A DNA stretch of 64,000 nucleotides from an uncultured delta proteobacterium. Lineage in GTDB: Bacteria; Myxococcota_A; Polyangia; Fen-1088. Positions 38,852 to 48,238 of this stretch are shown in pieces. The first letter of the stretch is position 1. Each line of letters begins with the position of its first letter. The stretch covers positions 64,001-128,000 of the forward strand of contig CAVYGB010000008.1 of the NCBI GenBank assembly GCA_963767925.1. Reading direction: 5' to 3'. The position numbers were made by a program, and so were the translations under genes. The notes under the pieces were generated by a model. It searched no databases, was not told the origin of the DNA, and saw nothing but the letters and a program-made list of their open reading frames with translations.

Positions 38852-39072
38852 ACGTCCAGTCTCGAGATCGACGACAGCGATCACCGCAACGTGGCCCAGC
38901 GGCTCGACCTGCTTCATTTCCAGGACGAGGCGCCGGGCATGGTGTTCTGGCACCCGGCCGGGCTCGCCGTGTACCGCTTGCTGGAGGACGCCGTCCGGCA
39001 GGTACGCGCGCGCAAGGTTTCGCCGAGGTGCGGACGCCCCAGATCCCGCGGCGACCGGGACGGGGACATTAG
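38852..39072 (+). pseudogene. thrS: 5' fragment of a short threonyl-tRNA synthetase
   Basis: DHRNVAQRLDLLHFQDEAPGMVFWHPAG, then after a frameshift QGFAEVRTPQI; ends at TAG 39070-39072. RBS GAGGAG is followed by an in-frame ACG instead of ATG. Confidence 0.85.
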
Positions 39073-39992
39073 AGGAAGGTGATCACCAGGGAGGCTTCGG
39101 AGGTGGTGTCGAGGGTGTCGGCGAGGGGGAAGAAGTTGGGGGCCAGGGTGGTGCCGGGGGGTGGTTTGAGGGGGGCGGGGGCCCGGTCGTAGCGGGCGCC
39201 GAAGCTGAAGCCGAAGGCCACGTTTTTCCACAACGTGGTGGTCATCCCCACCCGGACGTTGAAGCGCGTGTCCTCGAGGGCGGGGACCGGGGCGTAGCCG
39301 GTCGCGGGGGCGCCTTCCTCGTTGAGGTTGCTCAGCACCTCGACGTTGAACAGGAGGCCGGTGGCCGGGCTGAGCTTCAGCTCTTCGCCCAGGAACACCC
39401 TCGCCGAGTGCACCTGCACCGCCGCGGCCCCCACCGCGGTCGCCTTCTCCATCGACAGATCGTAGCCCAGCTCGGCCACCGTCCGGTGCCGCTCGTCGTC
39501 GAACAGCAGTCGGCTGTAGCCGATCTGGCCGCCGGCCACCACCTGCTTGCCGGCGGGCACGTCGGTCAGCGCCTGCCCGCTGAAGTAGGCGCTGTTGTTC
39601 TGGGTGAGGAAGAGGTCGTAGCGGGCCCGGGCAGAGTAGAGCTTGCTCGTCGTGCGGGAGGTGAGGGTCTCTGCCTCGGCCGGGTCGAACAGCATGTTGG
39701 CGTTGGCGTCATCGAGGAACGAGGTGCGGGAGAAGGCGGCGTTGCCCTCGGCGGCGAAGCGGTGGCTCCCCGAGCGGATGGCGCCCAGGGCCCCCATCGT
39801 CGCGGTGAGCACGCGGGAGTTCCCCCCGAGCTGCACCAGCCCACCGCGGGCCTGCAGCTTCTTCTCGTCGGTCGGATCCTCGGGCTTGGGCGCCTGGTAC
39901 TGGAACTTCGGGTCGGCCGGCTGTGCCGCCGCCGCCCGCGGCCAGGCCAGCAGGCCCCCCACCGCCAGGGAGAGCCCGAGAACCACCTTCAT
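39069..39992 (-). CDS. DUF481-like outer-membrane beta-barrel protein
   Basis: Signal peptide; RARYDLFL, GQIGYSR, AELGYD, LDTTSEASLVITFL. Confidence 0.8.
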   Translation of the reverse strand: MKVVLGLSLAVGGLLAWPRAAAAQPADPKFQYQAPKPEDPTDEKKLQARGGLVQLGGNSRVLTATMGALGAIRSGSHRFAAEGNAAFSRTSFLDDANANMLFDPAEAETLTSRTTSKLYSARARYDLFLTQNNSAYFSGQALTDVPAGKQVVAGGQIGYSRLLFDDERHRTVAELGYDLSMEKATAVGAAAVQVHSARVFLGEELKLSPATGLLFNVEVLSNLNEEGAPATGYAPVPALEDTRFNVRVGMTTTLWKNVAFGFSFGARYDRAPAPLKPPPGTTLAPNFFPLADTLDTTSEASLVITFL

Positions 39993-40258
39993 GACCCGAT
40001 CGTGCGTGTGCGCCACGCCCGATCGTTTCTCATTGCACGACCCGCCGTCAATTCTTCCATCATCGATGCGCGTCGTTGGCTCGCCCGAGCCAGCGGATCG
40101 GGGCCGGCCTCTCGCGATCCGATGGGAGCAGCGCCTCATCGCCGCGGGCGGCTCAGCGCGTGTCGTCGACGGGATCGCCGGCTGATACGACGCGTCTGAG
40201 GGGTGCGCTGGTTTTTTCTGCAAACGCTCGGGGGGGGTCGGTGCATCTTGGAAGGGGC

Positions 40259-41089
40259 ATGGCAGCCGATCCCTCCCCTCACCCCCACCTGCCGGGCCCC
40301 GAGGACCTCCGGGCTCACACCGTCTGGCTGCGGCGGCTCGCTCGCCAGATCGTCGGCTCGCCTGCCCTGGCCGATGACGTCGCTCAGGAGGCCTGGACGG
40401 CCGCGGTGGCCCATCCGCCCGCCCGGGCCGAAGCGTGGCGATCCTGGTTGCGGACGGTCCTGTACAACTGCGTGCGGGGACGGGCCCGCGCCGATCGCAG
40501 CCGGGACCGGCGCGAGTCGACGGCGGCCGAGCTGGCCGAGACGAGCTTGCCCTCCTCGGAGGAGCTGCTCGTAAGGAACGAGGCGCTCGCCTTCGTGGCC
40601 GAGGAGGTGCGCCGGCTCCGGGAGCCCTACCGCTCGACCGTGCTGCTCTGTTACGGCGAGGATGTCCCGCCCAGCGAGATCGCCCGCCGGCAGGGCTCGC
40701 CCGCCGGCACTGTGCGCTGGCGGCTCAAGCAGGGCCTCGACCAGCTCCGCCGGCGCATCGAGGAGCGGTACGGGGACCGGCGCGCGTTCGGCCTGGTCCT
40801 GGGCCTGACCCCCCCGGCCGGGCCGCCGGCGCTGGCCGCGGGGGCCGGTGGGGCGGCGGCCGGCCTGGCGGTCGCCCTCGTGGTTGTCGTCTCGCTGGTC
40901 CTGTCCTTCTGGGTGTCGCTGCCGGCGCCCGAGCTCGGCGCTCCGCTCGAGGTGGGTCCGCGCAACGCCCGCCTGGCCGACGCCGGTCCCCAGCTCCCGG
41001 AGCCCTGGCCCCAGGGGGCGGCCCCGCTGCTGGTACAGAACCGCCTGCCCGACGAGGACCTCGCCGGCGAGCGGCTCCGGCGAATGTGA
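40259..41089 (+). CDS. ECF sigma factor with C-terminal transmembrane extension
   Basis: ADDVAQEAW, RSWLRTV, LREPYR, EIARRQGSPAGTVRWRL; hydrophobic GLAVALVVVVSLVLSFWV. Confidence 0.88.
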   Translation: MAADPSPHPHLPGPEDLRAHTVWLRRLARQIVGSPALADDVAQEAWTAAVAHPPARAEAWRSWLRTVLYNCVRGRARADRSRDRRESTAAELAETSLPSSEELLVRNEALAFVAEEVRRLREPYRSTVLLCYGEDVPPSEIARRQGSPAGTVRWRLKQGLDQLRRRIEERYGDRRAFGLVLGLTPPAGPPALAAGAGGAAAGLAVALVVVVSLVLSFWVSLPAPELGAPLEVGPRNARLADAGPQLPEPWPQGAAPLLVQNRLPDEDLAGERLRRM

Positions 41090-41144
41090 CCGCCGCGTGG
41101 ATCTGCTGGACCCCCCCTCCGCCAACCCCTCGCAGGAGCGACCC

Positions 41145-44093
41145 ATGCCCCGCCTCGTCAAGCCCTCGATCCTGGTGATCGCCTGCGCCTTCGCGCTGGT
41201 GGCGTCCTGGCGCGGATCCCCCGCCGCGCCCGGGGGGCCCCCTCCGCTGGCCGCTCGGGCCGCCCTGGCCGGCAGCCCCCGCCGCGACCTCGGCGAGCTG
41301 CCGATCTTGACCCGGGCGCTCTTCCAGGTGAACGAGGCCTACTTCGACAAGACGCGCTTCGCTCCCCGGCGCATGTTGCTGGGCGCGCTCGCTTCGCTCC
41401 AGCGCGAAGTCCCCGAGGTGATCGTCGAACCCCTGCCCGAGGTGAACCCCCGGCAGGTGCGGGTGCGGGTGGGCAGCGGCGAGCAGCTCTTCGAGGTGGG
41501 GCGGATCGATTCGCCCTGGAGCCTGCGCAGCTCCTTGCAGCAGATCCTCCGCTTCGTGCAGCCGCGGCTCTACCCCGGCCGGGCCGAGGAGGAGGGGCAG
41601 CGCTTGCTGGCGATCGAGATCGCCGCCACCAACGGCGTCCTCGCCACCCTCGACCCCCACTCGATCCTGCTCGACGCCGACAGCTACCGCGAGATGCGCA
41701 GCCAGACCCGGGGCCGGTTCGGAGGGGTGGGGATGGGCCTGATCGACGAGCGCCGCCGGGGCATCGTGGTGCGGAGCCTGATCCCGAGCACCCCGGCGGC
41801 GCGGGCCGGCATCTTGCCGCGCGATCGCATCGTGCGCATCGACGACGAGTCGACGGTCAACATGACCGTCGCCGACGCGGTGGATCGGCTGCGCGGCGAG
41901 GTGGGGGCCGGGGTCGACATCTACCTCGAGCGCCCCGGCGAGCGCAGCCCGCGCAAGCTCACGGTCGTGCGCGAGATGATCCGCCCCTCCAGCATCGAGC
42001 GGGAGCGCGTATTGACCAGCCGGGCCGGCGCCGGACAGCCGGCCGCGAAGATCGGCTATTTTCGCATCGAGCACTTCAGCGCCAGCACGGCCAGCGATCT
42101 GCTGGCGACGCTGGGGCGGTTCCGGCACGAGAAGGTGCAGGGCGTGATCATGGACCTGCGCGACAACCCGGGCGGGCTCTACGATCAGGCGGTCAAGGTG
42201 GCCGACGCCTTCATCGACGCCGGCACGCTCGTGTCGATGGTGGGGGTGGGCGGCGCGCAGCGCCGGGACGAGATGGCCAGCCCGGGTGGCTGGCTCGACC
42301 TCCCCCTGGCGGTGCTCGTCGATGGGCGCTCGGCCAGCGCCTCGGAGATCGTGGCCGGGGCGGTCAAGAACCTCGACCGGGGGGTGGTCATCGGCGACAC
42401 CACCTTCGGCAAGGGCTCGGTGCAGCTCCTCTTCGATCTGCCGGCGCCCGGCGGAGCAACCGCCGCGAGCCGGCCGCGCCCGGCCGAGGAGGCCACGCTC
42501 GGCCTCAAGCTGACAACCGGCCAGTATCTGACCCCGGGCGACGCCTCCATCCAGGGGATCGGCGTCGCGCCCGACGTCGCGCTCACCCCGCTGCAGGTCG
42601 ATCGGCGCGACGGCGCGACGACAATCCGCCTGCAGAAGTCCGCCCACCGCCGCCAGGAGGCGGATCTCGAGGCCCACCTCGAGCAGCTCGGCAAGAGCAA
42701 GGCCACGCCCCCCGACCAGGCCATCGCCTACCTGCACGTCCCGCCGCCCGGGCTGGCCGCTCTGCCGTCCGGGGACGGCCAGGACGGGGAAGACAGCGAA
42801 GACGGCGACGCGCCCGGGGGGCCACCGCCCGAGGAGGTCCCCGACCTCCAGGTCCTCGAGAACCACGTCGACTTCGCGATGGAGCTGGCCCGCGACCTGC
42901 TGGCCCAGACCCGCGCCACGAGCCGCCGGCAGATGCTGGCCGGTTCGGCGGCCTTCTTCGCCCGCGTGCGGGCCGAGCAGGACGAGCAGGTTGCCCGGGC
43001 CCTGGCCAGGCTGGGGGTGGACTGGAGCCGGGGCGCCCGGCCCGGGCCGGCGGCCGACGCCGCCATCTTGCGGGCCAGCCTCGCGGTGGTGGGAGACGGC
43101 CGCCCGGTGCCAGCCGGCGAGACCGCCCGGATCCGGGGCGCGATCCGGAACGCCAGCGCGGTGCCGGCCCATCGGGTGCGGGTGGTGTGCCGGAGCGCTA
43201 ACCTCCTGCTCGACGAGAACGAGATGGTGTTCGGGCGCATCGGCCCCGGGGAGACGCGCACGTTCGATCTGACGGTGAAGGTCCCCGGGCGCAGCGCCAC
43301 CCGGACCGACACCGTCGCCGCCCAGGTCTTCGCCGAGGGTCCCATCCAGGCCAACACGCCCGAGGTGGCGTTCGACATCGCGGGCAAGCCCCGGCCGCTG
43401 TTCGCCTACCGCTACCGGATCGAGGGCGGCGCGCGGAAGGGCGAGCCGGCCCGCCTCCTCGTCACCGTCGAGAACATCGGCCCGGGGGCCGCGCTGAGCC
43501 CGGAGGCGAGCCTGCGCAACCGCCCCGGCCAGCCCGGCATCCTCATCACCGCCGGCCAGTTTCGCTGGAAGGAGCTGGCCCCGGGCGCGACCCGCGACCT
43601 CGTCTTCACCTATCAGGTCGGCCAGGCCTACCCGCGCGACCGCTACCAGCTCGAGCTGAGTGTCGGCGACACCCTGCTCGACGAGTCGATCACCGGCCGG
43701 ATCGAGATCCCGCTCGTCGGCTCAGGGGGGGTGGCGTCCCCTCGCCCGCCGGTGCACGTCCAGCCCCCGCTCCTGACGGCCCAGGCCCCGACCGTCACCG
43801 GCGCCTCGACGGTCCGCCTCACCGGCCGGGTTGTCGACGACGAGCGGGTGCGGGACGTCTACATCCGGGTCTACAACCGGGAGGCCAAGCTCCCGCCCCG
43901 CAAGGTCTTCTACCAGCCCAACCGCGGCGAACCCGCCGAGATGGCCTTCGCGACCGAAGTGCCGGTCCGCCCCGGCAGCAACGTCATCCAGGTCTTCGCC
44001 CGCGAGAGCGGCCAGGTACAGACGGTCGCCACCCTGGTGGTCTTCCGCAAGACGCCCACCGTCGCCAGCGGCCGCCTGGTGCAGGGCCGCTGA
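41145..44093 (+). CDS. S41 carboxy-terminal-processing protease with PDZ and Ig-like C-terminal domains (MXAN_5808-like)
   Basis: LDPHS, FGGVG PDZ loop, DLRDNPGG, SASASEIVAG, TFGKGSVQ; RBS AGGAG. Confidence 0.92.
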   Translation: MPRLVKPSILVIACAFALVASWRGSPAAPGGPPPLAARAALAGSPRRDLGELPILTRALFQVNEAYFDKTRFAPRRMLLGALASLQREVPEVIVEPLPEVNPRQVRVRVGSGEQLFEVGRIDSPWSLRSSLQQILRFVQPRLYPGRAEEEGQRLLAIEIAATNGVLATLDPHSILLDADSYREMRSQTRGRFGGVGMGLIDERRRGIVVRSLIPSTPAARAGILPRDRIVRIDDESTVNMTVADAVDRLRGEVGAGVDIYLERPGERSPRKLTVVREMIRPSSIERERVLTSRAGAGQPAAKIGYFRIEHFSASTASDLLATLGRFRHEKVQGVIMDLRDNPGGLYDQAVKVADAFIDAGTLVSMVGVGGAQRRDEMASPGGWLDLPLAVLVDGRSASASEIVAGAVKNLDRGVVIGDTTFGKGSVQLLFDLPAPGGATAASRPRPAEEATLGLKLTTGQYLTPGDASIQGIGVAPDVALTPLQVDRRDGATTIRLQKSAHRRQEADLEAHLEQLGKSKATPPDQAIAYLHVPPPGLAALPSGDGQDGEDSEDGDAPGGPPPEEVPDLQVLENHVDFAMELARDLLAQTRATSRRQMLAGSAAFFARVRAEQDEQVARALARLGVDWSRGARPGPAADAAILRASLAVVGDGRPVPAGETARIRGAIRNASAVPAHRVRVVCRSANLLLDENEMVFGRIGPGETRTFDLTVKVPGRSATRTDTVAAQVFAEGPIQANTPEVAFDIAGKPRPLFAYRYRIEGGARKGEPARLLVTVENIGPGAALSPEASLRNRPGQPGILITAGQFRWKELAPGATRDLVFTYQVGQAYPRDRYQLELSVGDTLLDESITGRIEIPLVGSGGVASPRPPVHVQPPLLTAQAPTVTGASTVRLTGRVVDDERVRDVYIRVYNREAKLPPRKVFYQPNRGEPAEMAFATEVPVRPGSNVIQVFARESGQVQTVATLVVFRKTPTVASGRLVQGR

Positions 44094-44175
44094 GGCTCCG
44101 GCCGCGGTCACCAGCGGACGGCGTCGAGGTAGCGCCACGATCGCGCCGTCGAGGCCGACGTCGTCAAGGGCGGCC

Positions 44176-45834
44176 TCAGGACAGGGTGGGCCCGTCGCGC
44201 TCGTCGGCCACCGCCGCGAGCACCTCGGGCAGGTTCACCGGCTTGACCAGGTGGGCGCAAAAGCCGGCCCGGGCCGAGCGCCGCCGGTCCTGCTCCTGGC
44301 CGTAGCCGGTGAGGGCGATGAGGCGGGGCGCCTCGCTGCCCAGCTCCTCCCGGATCTTGGCGGCCAGCTCGTAGCCGTCCATGCCGGGCAGGCCGATGTC
44401 GAGGATGGCCACGCTGGGGCGCATGAGGTGCATGTGGCGGAGGGCGGCCGTCCCGTCGTGGGTCACCTCCACGTGGTGACCCACCTCGCGCAGGATCTCG
44501 GCCAGCAGGTCGGCGGCGTCGGCGTTGTCGTCGACGACAAGCACCCGCTCGGCCCGGGTCAGGCTCTCCGCCAGGAGGCCGGGGAGCCCGGCGGGCGGGC
44601 GGGGCGGGCTGTGCGAGGCGGGCAGCCGCAGCCGGAACTCGCTGCCTTTGCCGGGCCCGGCGCTGTGGGCGGTGACGCTGCCGCCGTGGAGCTGGATGAG
44701 GTTCCTCACCAGGGCCAGGCCCAGGCCCAGGCCGCCTTCCCGCCGGTGGATGGTTGGGCCCGCCTGCACGAACAGGTCGAAGATCCGGGAGAGCTGGTCG
44801 CTCGAGATCCCGACGCCGTCGTCGATCACCGAGAGGACGATCTCGGCGGCCGGCAGCTCGACGGCGCCCTCCGGCCCCGCGCGCCGGCCCCGGACCTGCA
44901 GGTGGCCGCCGGGCTCGGTGTATTTGGCGGCGTTGGTCAGCAGGTTGGTGATGACCTGGGTCAGCCGCATGGGATCGGCGTCGACCAGCAGCCCCTGGCC
45001 GTCGAGGTCGATCGTGATGCTGTGGCTGCGCTGCTTGATGAGGGGGCCGGCCGCCTCCACCGCGCCCGCCACCACCGTGGCCAGCTCGAGCGGCTCCTTC
45101 TTCAGCTCGACCTTGCCCCGGGTGATGCGCGAGATGTCCATCATGTCGTCGACCAGCGTGACCAGCCGGCTGACCTGGCGCTCGATGACCTCGATCTCGG
45201 GGGTGGTGGCGGCCGCCCGCAGCTTGAGGAGCTGCAGGGCGGTCACGATCGGCGACAGGGGGTTGCGCAGCTCGTGCCCCAGCATCGCCAGGAACTCGTC
45301 CTTGGCCTGGCTGGCCGCCTGGCTCTCGCGCATGAGGCGGGCGGCCTGCAGTCCCCCGGTGACCAGGCTGACCGCCGCCCGGATCAAGACGAGCTGCAGG
45401 GTCGAGGGGAAATCGGGGGCCCGCGAGCCGAACAGCATGAAGCCGCCCTGCCCGAGGAAGCCGATGGGGGCGCTGGTGGTCCGCAGCGGCGGCAGCGGGG
45501 GGACCTCGAGCGGGTCGCCGCTCCGCTGGGCGACCAGCAGGTGCGGGCGCAGGGCCTCCAGGCGGTCGGCGGCGTCGGCCTGACCGAGGCGGAGGACCTC
45601 CAGCCCGGGGTCGCCGGGCTGGTCGGTGTCATGCACGGCGTAGGTCAGGTCGAGCGGCAAGAGCGCCTCGAGCGAGCCGAACATCAGCTCGATGACCCCC
45701 CGGGCGTCTTGCCCCGACCAGAGGGCGGGCAGGGCGAGCAGGCCCAGGAGGTCCCGGATGCAGCGCTGCTGCACGCCCTGGGGATCGCACCCGCCCGCCG
45801 ACACGACCGCGCCCGTATGCAGATCGCCCTCCAC
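44176..45834 (-). CDS. Hybrid histidine kinase (HisKA-HATPase-REC)
   Basis: GHELRNPL, NAAKYT, DDGVG, GLGLGL, VDDNADA...DIGLPGMDG...KP. Confidence 0.93.
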   Translation of the reverse strand: MEGDLHTGAVVSAGGCDPQGVQQRCIRDLLGLLALPALWSGQDARGVIELMFGSLEALLPLDLTYAVHDTDQPGDPGLEVLRLGQADAADRLEALRPHLLVAQRSGDPLEVPPLPPLRTTSAPIGFLGQGGFMLFGSRAPDFPSTLQLVLIRAAVSLVTGGLQAARLMRESQAASQAKDEFLAMLGHELRNPLSPIVTALQLLKLRAAATTPEIEVIERQVSRLVTLVDDMMDISRITRGKVELKKEPLELATVVAGAVEAAGPLIKQRSHSITIDLDGQGLLVDADPMRLTQVITNLLTNAAKYTEPGGHLQVRGRRAGPEGAVELPAAEIVLSVIDDGVGISSDQLSRIFDLFVQAGPTIHRREGGLGLGLALVRNLIQLHGGSVTAHSAGPGKGSEFRLRLPASHSPPRPPAGLPGLLAESLTRAERVLVVDDNADAADLLAEILREVGHHVEVTHDGTAALRHMHLMRPSVAILDIGLPGMDGYELAAKIREELGSEAPRLIALTGYGQEQDRRRSARAGFCAHLVKPVNLPEVLAAVADERDGPTLS

Positions 45835-45840
45835 TGGCTG

Positions 45841-46473
45841 TTACTGGGGTGGCACCCGGTCCGCCCGCCGCTCGCGCAGCTCGCGCAGGAACTCGTCGGG
45901 AGGGGTGTAAAACGGGTTCTCGTGGACCACGCCGCCGACCAGGGTGAGCGGATGGGATCGCAGGATGTCCATCATCATGGGCCCCTTGACCAGCGAGCGG
46001 TCGTAGATGCACACCGCCGGCTGGCGCGTCCGGGCCAGGACCTCGTTGACCCGGATCTCGTATTCGAGGAGCTGATCGCTGCCCGGGCGCCCCTGCAGGG
46101 CCCAGTCCATCTGGCCGGTGATGCGACAGCGGGGATATCCCTGCTGTCGCCCGGCGGCGATGACGGCGTCGAGGATCGCGAGCATCCGCGCCTGATCGAA
46201 GCCACCATCTTCGAGGTAGGCCTCGTCCCAGTCGAGCACCTCGAGCTGGCCGGCGTGCTGGCAGCGGGAGAAGTCGACCCCGCTGCGCTCGAGCGCGCGG
46301 CCGTGATCCTCCCGGGTCTGTGGGTCGATGATGGTGAGGACCTTCTCTCCGGCCTCGAGCCCTTCCTGGTAAAAAGGCCCCAGCACCTCGTATTGCTCGT
46401 GCCGGTTGCTGAAGAAACCACAGACGTGGAAGTAGCGCTCCAGCGTGGTTCCGGCGAGGGAGGCGGGCTGCAT
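45841..46473 (-). CDS. Stand-alone MEDS-domain sensor
   Basis: HVCGFF, YLEDGGFD, MDWAL, YEIRVN, CIYD, DILRSHP, ENPFY; 6 nt upstream of the kinase. Confidence 0.9.
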   Translation of the reverse strand: MQPASLAGTTLERYFHVCGFFSNRHEQYEVLGPFYQEGLEAGEKVLTIIDPQTREDHGRALERSGVDFSRCQHAGQLEVLDWDEAYLEDGGFDQARMLAILDAVIAAGRQQGYPRCRITGQMDWALQGRPGSDQLLEYEIRVNEVLARTRQPAVCIYDRSLVKGPMMMDILRSHPLTLVGGVVHENPFYTPPDEFLRELRERRADRVPPQ

Positions 46474-46636
46474 GTGGGCAAGCTTGACCCGGGAAACACC
46501 TGGCGCCAGACGGAATCCCCGTCCTCCGACCCCCTGGAAAACTACGTAGAGGGTCGCCCGCAGGTTTTTCGTGTGCCGCTGGCGAGGCGCCCCTGGCTGG
46601 CGGTGGATTGCCGCATCGCCGGGCCGGTGGCGGCCT

Positions 46637-47986
46637 TCAGGTCAGCAGGCGCCAGAACAGCGCCGCGAAGCCCAGAAACGCGGCGAACCCCACCACGTCG
46701 GTGATGGTGGTGAGGAAGATCTGAGACGACTGGGCGGGATCCCGCCCGAGCGCGCGCAGGGCCAGCGGGATCGCCGCCCCGGCCAGGCAGGCCACCACCA
46801 GGTTCACGATCATCGCCAGCGCCAGGACCAGGGCCAGGCCCGGGCTCCGGCTCCAGGCCCAGACGGCGGCGCCCGCCAGCACCGCCATGGTCAGTCCGCT
46901 GACCGTGCCGGCCAGGACCTCCTTGGCCATGAACCGCTTGCCGGTGCCCGGGGTCAGCTCCTGCAGGGCCAGCCCGCGCATGGCGACCGCCAGGGTCTGG
47001 GCGCCGCCGTTGCCCCCGATGGCCGACACGATCGGCAGCAACACGGCCAGAGCGGTGATCTGGGCCAGCAACCCCTCGAACAGGGAGATGACAGCGGCGG
47101 CGGCGAAGGCGGTGACGAGGTTCAGGCACAGCCAGGGCAGCCGGCGGCGGATCGAGGTGCCGAGGGGGGACAGCGCGCTCTCGTCGCCGCCGGCGCCCAC
47201 CATCTTCTGCACGTCCTCGAAGGCTTCCTGCTGGGCGGCGTCCAGGACCCGGTCGTGGGTCACGACCCCCAGCAGCCGGCGCTCCTCGTCCACCACGGGC
47301 AGGGCGAGCAGCCGACGCTGGCGCATCAGGGTGGCCAGCTCCTCCCGGTCGGTCGACGGCAACACGGACAGGACGTCGCGACGGACCAGCGGGCTGATCG
47401 GCTCTCCCGGCGCGGCCAGGATCAGCTCGCGCATGGTGAGGACCCCGACGAAGTGGTTCTCCCGGTCGGTCACGTACAGGTAATAGAGGGCCTCCTTGGG
47501 GGCCCGGCGCAGGCTCTCGATGGCCTCGTGGGCCGTGAGATCGACGGCCAGCGACACCACCTGGAGCTCCATCATCCCGCCCGCGGTGTCGGCCGGGAAC
47601 TGCAGCAGCGCGCGGAGCTGGTTGGCCTCGGTGGAGGGCAGGGCGGCCAGCAGGGCCTCCCGGTGGTCCTCCTCGAGGTGAAACAGCAGCAGGACGGCCT
47701 GGCGGGGGGCGATTGTCGCCAGCAGCTCGCGGGTCGGCTCGAGGCCCAGGTGGCGCACCAGGGCCGCCGCCGTGTGGGGTGGAAGCCGCTCGGCGATGGC
47801 GCCCGCCTCCCGGGTCGGCAGGACGCGCAACACGCGGGCCGCCTCGGCGGGGTCGGTGCGCTCGAGCGCCCGGGCGGCGGCCTCCGGGTTGGACTCGGCG
47901 AACGAGCGGGCCAGCTCGATCCAGGCTTCTCCCGGGTCGGGTGGGCTCGGCTCGTCGGTGGTGTCGGCGGCGGCGGTGATGTCCAT
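46637..47986 (-). CDS. mgtE: Magnesium transporter MgtE
   Basis: DTAGGMM, CBS pair, RRLPWL, GGNGGAQT, DPAQSS..FLTTITDVVG. Confidence 0.93.
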   Translation of the reverse strand: MDITAAADTTDEPSPPDPGEAWIELARSFAESNPEAAARALERTDPAEAARVLRVLPTREAGAIAERLPPHTAAALVRHLGLEPTRELLATIAPRQAVLLLFHLEEDHREALLAALPSTEANQLRALLQFPADTAGGMMELQVVSLAVDLTAHEAIESLRRAPKEALYYLYVTDRENHFVGVLTMRELILAAPGEPISPLVRRDVLSVLPSTDREELATLMRQRRLLALPVVDEERRLLGVVTHDRVLDAAQQEAFEDVQKMVGAGGDESALSPLGTSIRRRLPWLCLNLVTAFAAAAVISLFEGLLAQITALAVLLPIVSAIGGNGGAQTLAVAMRGLALQELTPGTGKRFMAKEVLAGTVSGLTMAVLAGAAVWAWSRSPGLALVLALAMIVNLVVACLAGAAIPLALRALGRDPAQSSQIFLTTITDVVGFAAFLGFAALFWRLLT

Positions 47987-48238
47987 GGGCCTGTCTTCTC
48001 GGTGTCACGCTACCAGGGTCCCGGTGGGTCCGCCTTACCGCCTGGTCGAACGACGGTTGCGCTTTCGTGTTCGCCGGGTAAAACCTCTCCGGCGCGGGGG
48101 GTATCAGAGAACGGGCGAGGCTCGCGCGCTCCGGGATGTCTCCAGCGCCGGTGGCTGCGGCGCAACTCCGGACGCACATCTCCAGGAAGATCCCGAGAGC
48201 TGAGACGAACACATGGAACCCCCGGCAGTCACGCTTTG

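Noticed and set aside
46571..48238. 1009-aa ORF extending TolC upstream
   Set aside because: The extension is antisense to mgtE; TolC-like sequence begins at ATG 48239.
47987..48238. Mg-sensing riboswitch upstream of mgtE
   Set aside because: No M-box consensus recognisable by eye; an Infernal search would be needed.
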